From Bacteroidales bacterium (GTDB lineage Bacteria; Bacteroidota; Bacteroidia; Bacteroidales; UBA932), in NCBI GenBank assembly GCA_016286385.1, contig JAEESO010000013.1, forward strand, positions 1,193 to 65,192: a stretch of DNA of 64,000 nt, read 5' to 3'. The notes under the pieces were generated by a model. It did not search any database and had not been told where the DNA came from. It saw only the letters and a list, made by a program, of their open reading frames with translations. Made by a program: the position numbers and the translations under genes. Below, in pieces: positions 1 to 8,140 of this stretch. Each line of letters starts with the position of its first letter. Positions within the stretch are counted from its first letter, which is position 1.

Positions 1-286
1 TATGCTGGATCTCCTTGAGAAGTATATGCCTGCAGGGACATCCTGGACGCACCCGGACGGCGGCCTCTTCCTCTGGCTCACACTTCCGGAAAGCATTGAC
101 ACTGTGGCGCTTTATGACGAAGCCCTATCGGCCGGCGTGGCCTACGTTGCCGGCTCCTTCTTCTACCCGGACGGCAGCCACCGCAACACTATGCGCCTCA
201 ATTTCTCCTTCATAGAGGAGTCCAAGATGGAGCCGGGGATAAAGATTTTGGTCGCCGTTTTGGCTAAAGCCCTGACTAATAAGTAG
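1..286 (+). CDS. PLP-dependent aminotransferase class I/II (MocR/ARO8-like), 3' part; candidate DapC
   Basis: C-terminal motifs GGLFLWL, GVAYVAG and MRLNFS; runs off the window start; first gene of the dap cluster. Confidence 0.8.
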   Translation, partial: MLDLLEKYMPAGTSWTHPDGGLFLWLTLPESIDTVALYDEALSAGVAYVAGSFFYPDGSHRNTMRLNFSFIEESKMEPGIKILVAVLAKALTNK

Positions 287-362
287 TTACAACTTTTACT
301 CCCGCTGTTTTTGATAGGAGTAAATTGTGTAAATAATTGACAATCAACAAGATGACAAAAAC
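257..362. repeat. Box-40bp palindrome-box element, copy 1
   Basis: Boxes 265-289 (taa agccc tga cta ata agtag tta) and 330-354 (taa ataat tga caa tca acaag atg), 40 bp apart; core tttactcc...ggagtaaa. Confidence 0.7.
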
Positions 363-1242
363 GCCCCACATATTCACCGGAGCAGGTAACAACTTCGTGG
401 TCTTTGACGGCCGTGAAGGCGGTATGGATGAGTACCGCCAGCCGGAGCGCATCCAGGCCCTTTGCCGTGAATACCACACTGACGGCCTGATGATCCTCAC
501 TGAGGCCCCGGGCCAGGACTTTGGGATGGAGTTCTACAACCCTGACGGCTCCGGCGGAATGATGTGCGGCAACGGAGGCCGATGCATAGTTGCCTTTGCC
601 GATTACCTTGGCCTGAAATCCGCCTCAGAGGATGGTACGTGGCACTTCCTTGCCCCGGACGGAGAGCACACCGCCTCGATTTTGGAGGGAAGTCATGTCT
701 CCGGACCCATGGCCACCCTCGGCCGTGTAAGAGGGAGGGGCCCGCAGCCGGAGGCTGTGGGAGGGGTCGCGAAGCGACGGTCAGGAGATATGACTTCCCT
801 CCAAAAATGGACCGTACGCCTCAAAATGATTGACGTCAAGGGCATAAGCAAGGCAAAGAACGGCTACTTCCTCAACACGGGCACAAGGCACTACGTGGAG
901 TTCCGGGACAATGTGGATGCCATAGACATAGAGCCTGAGGCCAAGCCCATCAGATGGGATAAAGACTTTCAGCCGGAAGGCACCAACGTGAACTTTGTGG
1001 AGAAAACAAAAGAAGGCCTCAAGGTCCGCACTTTTGAGAAGGGCGTGGAGGGGGAAACACTTGCCTGCGGTACGGGGATTACTGCCAGCGCCATCGCGGC
1101 ATACGTGAAAGGCATTGCCAAAAGCCCGGTAAGGCTTCAGTGCCGCCGCGGAGACTGGCTGGAAGTTGAGTTCACACCTTCAGGAGGCGGGTTCAAGGAC
1201 GTTTTCCTTACCGGCCCCGCTGAGCTTATATCCCTGGAATAG
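352..1242 (+). CDS. dapF: Diaminopimelate epimerase with a ~42-aa in-frame insertion
   Basis: GAGNNF, YNPDGSGGMMCGNGGRC, GTNVNF, RTFEKGVEGETLACGTG. Confidence 0.95.
   Translation: MTKTPHIFTGAGNNFVVFDGREGGMDEYRQPERIQALCREYHTDGLMILTEAPGQDFGMEFYNPDGSGGMMCGNGGRCIVAFADYLGLKSASEDGTWHFLAPDGEHTASILEGSHVSGPMATLGRVRGRGPQPEAVGGVAKRRSGDMTSLQKWTVRLKMIDVKGISKAKNGYFLNTGTRHYVEFRDNVDAIDIEPEAKPIRWDKDFQPEGTNVNFVEKTKEGLKVRTFEKGVEGETLACGTGITASAIAAYVKGIAKSPVRLQCRRGDWLEVEFTPSGGGFKDVFLTGPAELISLE
680..806 (+). mobile_element. Palindromic (MITE/RPE-like) element in-frame in dapF
   Basis: 23-bp terminal inverted repeats 680-702 and 784-806 (1 mismatch); three internal hairpins. Confidence 0.8.
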
Positions 1243-1262
1243 AATATTCCGGGGATTTTTTG
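1230..1262 (+). terminator. Hairpin plus T-tract after dapF
   Basis: atccctggaata-gaa-tattccggggat then ttttt; followed by a TAnnTTTG-like -7 box (tatttttg, 1263-1270) before dapA. Confidence 0.55.
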
Positions 1263-1278
1263 TATTTTTGTATCTTGT

Positions 1279-2151
1279 ATGAAAGCACTTGACTTACACG
1301 GCTGCGGCACCGCGCTTCTCACCCCGTTCAAGGGTGGGGAAGTGGACTATGAGTCCTTTGCCGCCACAGTAGACTGGCAGGTAGAAACCGGTATAGATTT
1401 CCTGGTCCCACTTGGAACCACAGGTGAAACTCCCACGCTCTCTGAATCGGAGAAACTCCAGGTCCTGGAGGTGACGCTTCAGCACGCTAAGGGCCGTCCT
1501 GTCATGGCCGGCGTGGGCTCCAACTCCGTAAAGGGCACCCTTGACAACATCCGCCTCCTGCAGGACGCAGATGCCTTCCTGGTGGTGGTCCCCTTCTACA
1601 ACAAGCCGCCCCAGAGGGGTATGTATGAGTATTTCAAGGCCGTGGCAGGGGCAACGGAAAAGCCCATCGTGCTATATAACGTCCCCGGCCGCACCGGTTC
1701 CAACATTGAGCCTGAAACCGTGCTGGCCCTGGCCAAGGACGTGCCCAATATAATCGGCATAAAGGAGGCTTCCGGTAAGATTGAGCAAAGCCTCAAGATC
1801 ATGGCCGGCCGCCCGGAAGGCTTCAAACTCCTTTCCGGCAACGACGAAGACACTCTTGAACTTATGAAGCATGGGGCCGATGGCGTCATCTCCGTGGCCT
1901 CCAACGTCTTCCCGTCTGCTATGGCCGATTTCATCCACGCCCTTGAGGCCGGTAAGATTGAGGAGGCAACCAGGATGGATGCCCGCCTGAAGCCCCTTTT
2001 CAAGGCCCTCTTCGTAGAGCCCAACCCCATCCCTGCCAAGGCCGCAATGGCCCAGCTTGGCCTTATGGAAAACAGCCTCAGGCTGCCCCTGGTTAAGGCT
2101 ACAGAGGCAACGGAAGCCCTTTTACAGCAAACCCTGAAAGAACTTTTCTAA
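1279..2151 (+). CDS. dapA: 4-hydroxy-tetrahydrodipicolinate synthase
   Basis: GTTGE, PFYNKP, LYNVPGRTG, GIKEAS, NPIPAK. Confidence 0.97.
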   Translation: MKALDLHGCGTALLTPFKGGEVDYESFAATVDWQVETGIDFLVPLGTTGETPTLSESEKLQVLEVTLQHAKGRPVMAGVGSNSVKGTLDNIRLLQDADAFLVVVPFYNKPPQRGMYEYFKAVAGATEKPIVLYNVPGRTGSNIEPETVLALAKDVPNIIGIKEASGKIEQSLKIMAGRPEGFKLLSGNDEDTLELMKHGADGVISVASNVFPSAMADFIHALEAGKIEEATRMDARLKPLFKALFVEPNPIPAKAAMAQLGLMENSLRLPLVKATEATEALLQQTLKELF

Positions 2152-2927
2152 TGGAAGTCACCCTTAAAGAATTCAACGCCCTTATGGACGCCCTTGAAAA
2201 GGGTGAAGTCCGTGTGGCCCAGAAAGTAGACGGCGTCTGGCAGGTAAACCGTGAGGTGAAGGAAATCATCCTTGCCGGCTTCCGCCTTGGCGCCATCAAG
2301 GAAATGTCCCAGGGTCAGTTCCCGTTCTTTGACAAGGACACCTTCCCTGTAAGGAACTTTAAGGCCAGTGACGGAGTCCGCATAGTCCCCGGCGGCACAT
2401 CTGTGCGCCGCGGCGCGTATATGGCCCCTGGCTCCATCATAATGCCTCCGGCCTATGTCAATGTGGGTGCCTATGTAGACGAAGGCACTATGGTTGACAG
2501 CCACGTCACCATCGGCTCCTGCGCCCAGGTGGGAAAGCACATCCATATATCGGCCTCCACGCAGATTGGGGGCGTACTTGAACCCGCCGGCGCGCTTCCC
2601 ACAATCATCGAGGACGGCGCTTTCATCGGCGGCAACTGCGGCATCTACGAAGGCACAATAGTCCAGGAGGGCGCAGTCATCGCTTCCGGCGTCATAATCA
2701 CCTCATCCACAGCCATTTACGATGCCACAAAGGATGAGTTCATCAAGAGGAATGCCGATGGCCGCATAGTGGTCCCCGCCGGCGCCGTGGTTGTGAGCGG
2801 CTCCAAGCCCATCGTCCGCGGCGGCAAGCCCCTTGAGAGCGGCGTTCACCTTTACTGCCCGGTGATTGTGAAGTACCGTGACAGCAAAACAGAGGGCAGT
2901 ATTCACCTTGAGGATTTATTACGTTAA
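2151..2927 (+). CDS. dapD: Tetrahydrodipicolinate N-succinyltransferase
   Basis: RIVPGG..VRRGAY, VNVGAYVDEGTMVDSH, GSCAQVG, IGGVLEP. Confidence 0.95.
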   Translation: MEVTLKEFNALMDALEKGEVRVAQKVDGVWQVNREVKEIILAGFRLGAIKEMSQGQFPFFDKDTFPVRNFKASDGVRIVPGGTSVRRGAYMAPGSIIMPPAYVNVGAYVDEGTMVDSHVTIGSCAQVGKHIHISASTQIGGVLEPAGALPTIIEDGAFIGGNCGIYEGTIVQEGAVIASGVIITSSTAIYDATKDEFIKRNADGRIVVPAGAVVVSGSKPIVRGGKPLESGVHLYCPVIVKYRDSKTEGSIHLEDLLR

Positions 2928-2929
2928 TT

Positions 2930-2956
2930 GTCATTTCGAGCGAAGTCGAGAAATCT
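2930..2956. repeat. REP-like hairpin (GTCAT...ATCT family)
   Basis: gtcatttcgagcgaagtcgagaaatct between dapD and asd. Confidence 0.75.
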
Positions 2957-2972
2957 CATAGTTATTGAAAAA

Positions 2973-3962
2973 ATGATTGTAGCGGTAGTTGGTGCAACGG
3001 GCCTGGTTGGCTCAAAGATGTTGCAGGTTCTTGAGGAACGTGCGTTTCCGGTGACGGAGCTGTTGCCGGTTGCGTCGGAGCGTTCCTGGGGCAAAAAAGT
3101 GCGCTTCCAGGGCAAGGAGTGGACGGTTATGAGTGCCGATGAAGCCATTTCCCGGAAGCCCGCCCTTGCCATTTTCTCCGCCGGAGGGGCTGTATCGGCC
3201 CAATTGGCGCCGCGCTTTGCGGAAATTGGCTGCTACGTGGTGGACAATTCCTCCTACTGGCGTATGGACCCTTCCGTGCCGCTGGTGGTGCCGGAGATCA
3301 ATGCCGATGTACTTAAGCCCACAGATCACATCATCGCCAACCCCAACTGCTCCACCATCCAGATGGTCCTGCCGCTGGCGCCTCTTCACAAGGCCTACGG
3401 CATCAAGCGAATTGTGGTAAGCACATACCAGAGCGTCACCGGCGCCGGCCAGAAAGGCATTGAGCAGCTTGAAGCGGAAATGGCTGGCGGCTCCGGTTCC
3501 AAATTCCCTCACCAGATATTCCTGAACGTACTTCCGCATATAGATTCATTCCTCCCGGACGGCTACACCAAGGAGGAGATGAAGATGGTCAATGAAACCC
3601 GGAAGATCCTCCGGGACCCTTCCATTGCCGTTTCCGCAACCACCGTCCGAGTCCCCGTAAAGGGCGGCCATTCGGAGAGCGTGAACCTGGAGTTCAACAG
3701 GCCTTTTGAGCTGTCAGAGGCTGTAAAACTTATGGCCGATATGCCGGGTGTCGTGGTTCAGGATGACCCCGCAAATAACGTCTATCCCATGCCCATAACG
3801 GCCTGGGAGAAGGACGACGTATTTGTCGGCCGCATCCGCCGTGATACATCCGTGGAGAATGGCCTCAATCTGTGGTGCGTCAGTGACAACATCCGCAAAG
3901 GCGCTGCCACAAACGCTGTCCAGATAGCGCAAGTGCTGCTCCAAAACGGCTGGCTTGTGTAG
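2973..3962 (+). CDS. asd: Aspartate-semialdehyde dehydrogenase
   Basis: VVGATGLVG, IANPNCSTIQ, STYQSVTGAG, DNIRKGAATNAVQIA; ATG at 2973. Confidence 0.97.
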   Translation: MIVAVVGATGLVGSKMLQVLEERAFPVTELLPVASERSWGKKVRFQGKEWTVMSADEAISRKPALAIFSAGGAVSAQLAPRFAEIGCYVVDNSSYWRMDPSVPLVVPEINADVLKPTDHIIANPNCSTIQMVLPLAPLHKAYGIKRIVVSTYQSVTGAGQKGIEQLEAEMAGGSGSKFPHQIFLNVLPHIDSFLPDGYTKEEMKMVNETRKILRDPSIAVSATTVRVPVKGGHSESVNLEFNRPFELSEAVKLMADMPGVVVQDDPANNVYPMPITAWEKDDVFVGRIRRDTSVENGLNLWCVSDNIRKGAATNAVQIAQVLLQNGWLV

Positions 3963-3963
3963 G

Positions 3964-4067
3964 TTTGACGGTCTTAGTCAAGTTTTACCCCCAAAACGTG
4001 ACTAAGATTGTATGTTGTGACCATCTTAGTTAAGAAAAGTCACCAAAACGTGACTAAGATTGTATTG
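3964..4067. repeat. Tandem doublet of 52-bp palindromic units (locus A)
   Basis: tcttagtca...ccaaaacgtgactaagattgta occurs twice with 52-bp period (3972 and 4024). Confidence 0.8.
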
Positions 4068-4072
4068 AAACG

Positions 4073-5245
4073 ATGAACTGGCAGTTGTTCAAAGACATAT
4101 TGAGCATTGATTCCACTTCCGGCAAGGAGCGGGATATGGCCCTGTGGCTGAATGACCACCTTGAGGCTCCCACAAAGGAACTTATGGAAGTTGGCGACGG
4201 CACCCTGAACCTCTTCATCAAGTGGGGCACCCCCAGCGTGGTCTTCTGCACCCATATGGACACTGTTCCGCCGTATATTGCCCCGGAGTTACCGGAGTTA
4301 CCGGAGGAGGGACCCTTCGGAGGAACTCCGTTCGCTACGCTCGCTCCGGCCCCTCCCACTGGCACAAGTGCCGGATTGGGAGCAAGCTCCCATCCGTCCC
4401 TTATGCCAGCGGGCCCCTCCCCCTACCCTTGTGCGGGGGTGCACAAGCCCTCCGAAGGGTCCCCCCTCCGGATAACCGGCCGGGGCAGCTGTGACGCCAA
4501 GGGACAGATCTTTGCAATGTACACGGCTTGCAAGGAATTGGAGGCAAAAGGGTGCACGGGCTTCGGGCTCTTGATCCTGGCAGGGGAGGAGACTGGTTCC
4601 TGGGGGGCCAAGGCGTTTTCCAAAACAGGCTTTGAGGCGCCGTTCCTCATTGTGGGAGAGCCCACGGATAACAAGATGGTCAGTGCCGCAAAGGGCACTC
4701 TGTCATACGATCTGAAGTTTACCGGAGAGGCCTTCCACAGCGGTTATCCGCAGTTTGGAGCAAGCGCCGTAGAACTCTTTAACCAGTTCTACGATGCCCT
4801 GAAGGCCGTAGAATGGGGTCTTGACCAGGAGCTGGGGGAGACAACGTGGAACATCGGCCTTCTGAGTTCTCCCAATCCCCAGAACATCCTGTCACCGGAG
4901 CTTACCTGCCGGCTGTATTTCCGTACAACGTTCCTTTCGCATCAGGCTGTGCAGGAGTGGATGGATTCTACCCCCGACCTGATCGGGCATCTCATGGTCA
5001 CGGCCCGCGCGGGAGACGTGCCGGCGCGGTACGTGACACTGCCGGGCTTTGAGAGCGCCCCCGTGGCGTTTGGCAGCGACGCTCCGCACCTGACGGGCTT
5101 CGGCCACAAGATCATCTGCGGCCCCGGAAGCATTAAGGTGGCTCATCGTGACAATGAGAACGTCCTTGTAGCGGACCTTGAGGTGGCCGTGGATCAATAC
5201 GTCCGAATGGCCGTGGAGCTAAACGCTTGTAAATCAAAAGATTAA
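4073..5245 (+). CDS. M20 metallopeptidase (ArgE/DapE family), likely the DAP-pathway desuccinylase; carries a ~57-aa insertion
   Basis: CTHMDTVPP, GRGSCDAKG, GEETGS, VGEPT, CGPG...AH; lies in the dap operon. Confidence 0.85.
   Translation: MNWQLFKDILSIDSTSGKERDMALWLNDHLEAPTKELMEVGDGTLNLFIKWGTPSVVFCTHMDTVPPYIAPELPELPEEGPFGGTPFATLAPAPPTGTSAGLGASSHPSLMPAGPSPYPCAGVHKPSEGSPLRITGRGSCDAKGQIFAMYTACKELEAKGCTGFGLLILAGEETGSWGAKAFSKTGFEAPFLIVGEPTDNKMVSAAKGTLSYDLKFTGEAFHSGYPQFGASAVELFNQFYDALKAVEWGLDQELGETTWNIGLLSSPNPQNILSPELTCRLYFRTTFLSHQAVQEWMDSTPDLIGHLMVTARAGDVPARYVTLPGFESAPVAFGSDAPHLTGFGHKIICGPGSIKVAHRDNENVLVADLEVAVDQYVRMAVELNACKSKD
4301..4471 (-). mobile_element. Palindromic element in-frame in the M20 gene, related to the dapF element
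   Basis: 23-bp TIR 4301-4323 and 4449-4471 (1 mismatch); 171 bp = 57 codons; shares gggaggggcccgc and gtgggagggg core motifs with 680-806 in the opposite orientation. Confidence 0.8.
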
Positions 5246-5316
5246 GCAAAAACGTCTACCGCAAAACGTCAAGACGTTTTTGTATAACATACAGACAATC
5301 AACAACTTATCTCCAC
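5213..5316. repeat. Box-40bp palindrome-box element, copy 2
   Basis: Termini gtggag...ctccac; boxes 5220-5244 and 5285-5309; core caaaaacgtct...agacgtttttg. Confidence 0.75.
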
Positions 5317-5344
5317 GCGCAAGTGGGGGCACAAGAGAGAAGAT

Positions 5345-6007
5345 ATGATAAAAGTTATTATCAGCGGCTATGGCAAGATGGGCCATATGGTGGAAAAAGA
5401 GCTGCAAATCCGTGGCATAGAACTGGTCCAGGCCAGCGAGGACATCACGGCAACGCCCGTGGACGTAGCAAAGGAGTGTGTGTGCATTGATTTCACCACC
5501 CCTGAGGCATTCCGGAAGAACTACCCGTTCATTGCGCAGAACTTCAAGGCGGCGGTCATCGGCACAACCGGCTGGAATGACATCAAGGCCGATGTTATCA
5601 AGGCCTTCACCGATGCCGGCACCCCTATGGTGTACGCTTCCAACTTCTCCCTTGGCGTGAATGCGCTGTATCTTGCAATCACCAAGGCCTCTGAAATCCT
5701 GAAGGGTGCAGGCTACACCCCTGAGATTGAGGAAATCCATCATATCCACAAACTGGACGCCCCTTCCGGAACAGCAAAAACTATGGGCGAAATAGTGGAA
5801 GCCCAGCTTGGGGAAAAGCCTCAGATCACATCCATCCGTGAAGGCGAAGTCCCTGGCATCCACACCCTCACCCTCACTTCCGGCTGCGACAAACTCACCT
5901 TGAGGCACGAAGCCTTCTCCCGCGAAGGCTTTGCCAAGGGCGCAGTGGTGGCTGCCCTTAAAACCGAAGGCCTCAAGGGCGTACACGAATTCAGTGAACT
6001 ACTATGA
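5345..6007 (+). CDS. dapB: 4-hydroxy-tetrahydrodipicolinate reductase
   Basis: GYGKMG, IDFT, GTTGW, ASNFSLGVN, EIHHIHKLDAPSGTA. Confidence 0.95.
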   Translation: MIKVIISGYGKMGHMVEKELQIRGIELVQASEDITATPVDVAKECVCIDFTTPEAFRKNYPFIAQNFKAAVIGTTGWNDIKADVIKAFTDAGTPMVYASNFSLGVNALYLAITKASEILKGAGYTPEIEEIHHIHKLDAPSGTAKTMGEIVEAQLGEKPQITSIREGEVPGIHTLTLTSGCDKLTLRHEAFSREGFAKGAVVAALKTEGLKGVHEFSELL

Positions 6008-8049
6008 GTTACAGGGTCTTAAAGTTTGGCGGAAGTTCAGTAGCCAGCGCAACGGCTATGTCCAGGGTCCTGGATATAGTTGAAAAGGAAGCGCAAAAGG
6101 GTACGGTGATTCTGGTTTCCAGCGCCATCAGCGGCTGCACGGATGCCCTCCTGGACGGCGGTCCAAAGGCCATCAAGGAAATGCAAAAACGCCACCAGGA
6201 CATAGTGAAACGCCTTTTTACCGGAGAGGAACGGGAAGAGATCCAGGCCCGCATAGACGGCCTTTTCCGTGAACTTGCCGTCACGCCAAATGATGAGCAG
6301 GTAACCTTTGGAGAGCTTCTCTCAACTACCATCCTTGCCGCCAAACTCCAGCAGGAAGGCTACAATGCCAAGTGGCTTGACTCCCGAAAACTGGTTGTGA
6401 AAGACAATCAGGAAGAAACCTACAGGCGCATAAAAGAGGCCGTGGAAGGTGCGGAAATCTACATCGCTCCCGGCTTCATCTGCCAGGACGCTGCAGGGAA
6501 AGTCTCCACCCTTGGCCGTGGAGGCTCGGACTTCAGCGCCTCCCTCTTTGCCGCGGCCGTAAAGGCGGAGTCCCTCCAGATCTGGACCGACGTCCCCGGC
6601 ATAATGACCGCCAACCCAAAACAGGTTCCGCAGGCCCGAACCATTCCCACAATGACCTACAATGCCGCCCTCCAGATGGCAACGTGCGGCGCCAAGGTGC
6701 TTTACGCGCCCACCGTGGCCCCCGCAATGGAAGCCGGCATAGACATAGAAATCAAAAACACTTTCGCCCATGATGGGAAGTACACTGTCATTGGCAAGGA
6801 AGGCCCTAAAGGCTGGATTGGTGTTGCTTCTCAGGCCGATACAATAACGGTTGTGGGCTCCGGTGCAGACGGCGTGCCCAGGGCAGAAAAGGCTCTTCTC
6901 ACGGAAGGGATATCGGCCCTCAGCATCAGGGAAACAGAGGCGGGCGTTGAACTCAAGGTTCGCCAGAAAGTGCTGGAGCAGGCCCTCCGGGCCCTTCACA
7001 GGGCATTTTTCCAGGAGCTGCCTACCGCAGAAATTGGCCTATTCATTGCCGGAGACGGCGCCGTTGCCCACGCCCTTTACAATATGATAAAGAGCGCCGC
7101 AGAGAACGTTGAGGCCCGCACCGGAAAACGCCTCACAATTGTGGGAAAGGCCAACAGCAAGCGCTACGGAATTGACCTCACGGGCTATCCTGTAATCAAT
7201 ACCCAAGGCTCTTACGTGGATGCAATTATCAACGTTGCGCCAAAGGGCTCCATCTTTGTGGACTGCACAAATTCAGAAACTCTCTACAAACGCTACACAG
7301 ACCTCCTGGAGGCCGGGATCGGGGTGGTTTCATCCAACCGCCGCTCCTTTGCCGTGCCGTATCCGGAGTTTGCCGCAATGCACGCCGCCGCCCGTGAAAA
7401 CGGGGTTCCGCTTCGCTATGAGACCACGGTTGGCGCCGCCCTGCCCATCCTGGAATCCATCTCCCGCGGGGCCAATAGCTCAGACGAAGTAACCTCCATA
7501 GAAGCCGTGGTCTCCTGCACGCTCAACCAGATTCTGGGGGACTATCTTCCCGGCCGGGAAAGCTTTGCAAGTATGGTCAGACGTGCCCAGGAGGCCGGTC
7601 TTACTGAGGCCGATCCCCGTATGGACCTTGGCGGCAAGGACGCGCTAAGGAAACTTCTTATCCTCTCCCGTGAGGCCGGCGTACGGCTTGAAGAAAAAGA
7701 TGTAAAAGTGGAACCAGTCATCCCCGCCGATGCCTTCAAAGGAAGCGTGGAGGACTTCTACGCCGCCCTGGAGGCTTATGAGCCTGAACTTGCAAGGAAG
7801 GCCGATGCCGCCAACGCCAAAGGCGAGCGCCTCCGCTTTGTTGCGTATCTAAGGAAAAACGGTAAGTCCTACGAGGCAGGAATCGGCATAAGGAGCGTTG
7901 CTCCGGAGCATCCTGCATACTACCTCCGCGGCACAGAGAACGCCATCATCGTGAGAAGCGCATTCCACCCCTACCCGCTGGTGATCCAGGGCCCGGGTGA
8001 AGGTGCCCGCGAGGCCGCCAGCTCCATCCTGAACGATATCCTAAGGTAG
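6004..8049 (+). CDS. thrA: Bifunctional aspartate kinase/homoserine dehydrogenase
   Basis: KFGGSSV, TLGRGGSDFSA, WTDVPG; C-terminal YETTVGAALP, TEADPRMDLGGKD; short ACT region. Confidence 0.9.
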   Translation: MSYRVLKFGGSSVASATAMSRVLDIVEKEAQKGTVILVSSAISGCTDALLDGGPKAIKEMQKRHQDIVKRLFTGEEREEIQARIDGLFRELAVTPNDEQVTFGELLSTTILAAKLQQEGYNAKWLDSRKLVVKDNQEETYRRIKEAVEGAEIYIAPGFICQDAAGKVSTLGRGGSDFSASLFAAAVKAESLQIWTDVPGIMTANPKQVPQARTIPTMTYNAALQMATCGAKVLYAPTVAPAMEAGIDIEIKNTFAHDGKYTVIGKEGPKGWIGVASQADTITVVGSGADGVPRAEKALLTEGISALSIRETEAGVELKVRQKVLEQALRALHRAFFQELPTAEIGLFIAGDGAVAHALYNMIKSAAENVEARTGKRLTIVGKANSKRYGIDLTGYPVINTQGSYVDAIINVAPKGSIFVDCTNSETLYKRYTDLLEAGIGVVSSNRRSFAVPYPEFAAMHAAARENGVPLRYETTVGAALPILESISRGANSSDEVTSIEAVVSCTLNQILGDYLPGRESFASMVRRAQEAGLTEADPRMDLGGKDALRKLLILSREAGVRLEEKDVKVEPVIPADAFKGSVEDFYAALEAYEPELARKADAANAKGERLRFVAYLRKNGKSYEAGIGIRSVAPEHPAYYLRGTENAIIVRSAFHPYPLVIQGPGEGAREAASSILNDILR

Positions 8050-8058
8050 GCCCTTTCC

Positions 8059-8114
8059 GTCATGCCCGGCTCCGACCGGGCATCTCTTGTCATTCTGAGC
8101 GAAGCGAAGAATCT
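8059..8114. repeat. Two adjacent REP-like hairpins
   Basis: gtcatgcccggctccgaccgggcatct (8059-8085) and gtcattctgagcgaagcgaagaatct (8089-8114). Confidence 0.8.
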
Positions 8115-8140
8115 CATTTGTAATTGTAAAAATAATCCGC

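Noticed and set aside
3964-4067. Integron attC sites or invertible promoter
   Set aside because: Lacks RYYYAAC/GTTRRRY ends and cassette context; no TAnnTTTG inside the arms; no integrase nearby
680-4471. Inteins or group I/II introns as the source of the dapF and M20 insertions
   Set aside because: Inserts are too short and lack C/S...HN intein ends or recognisable intron cores; DNA palindromes explain them better
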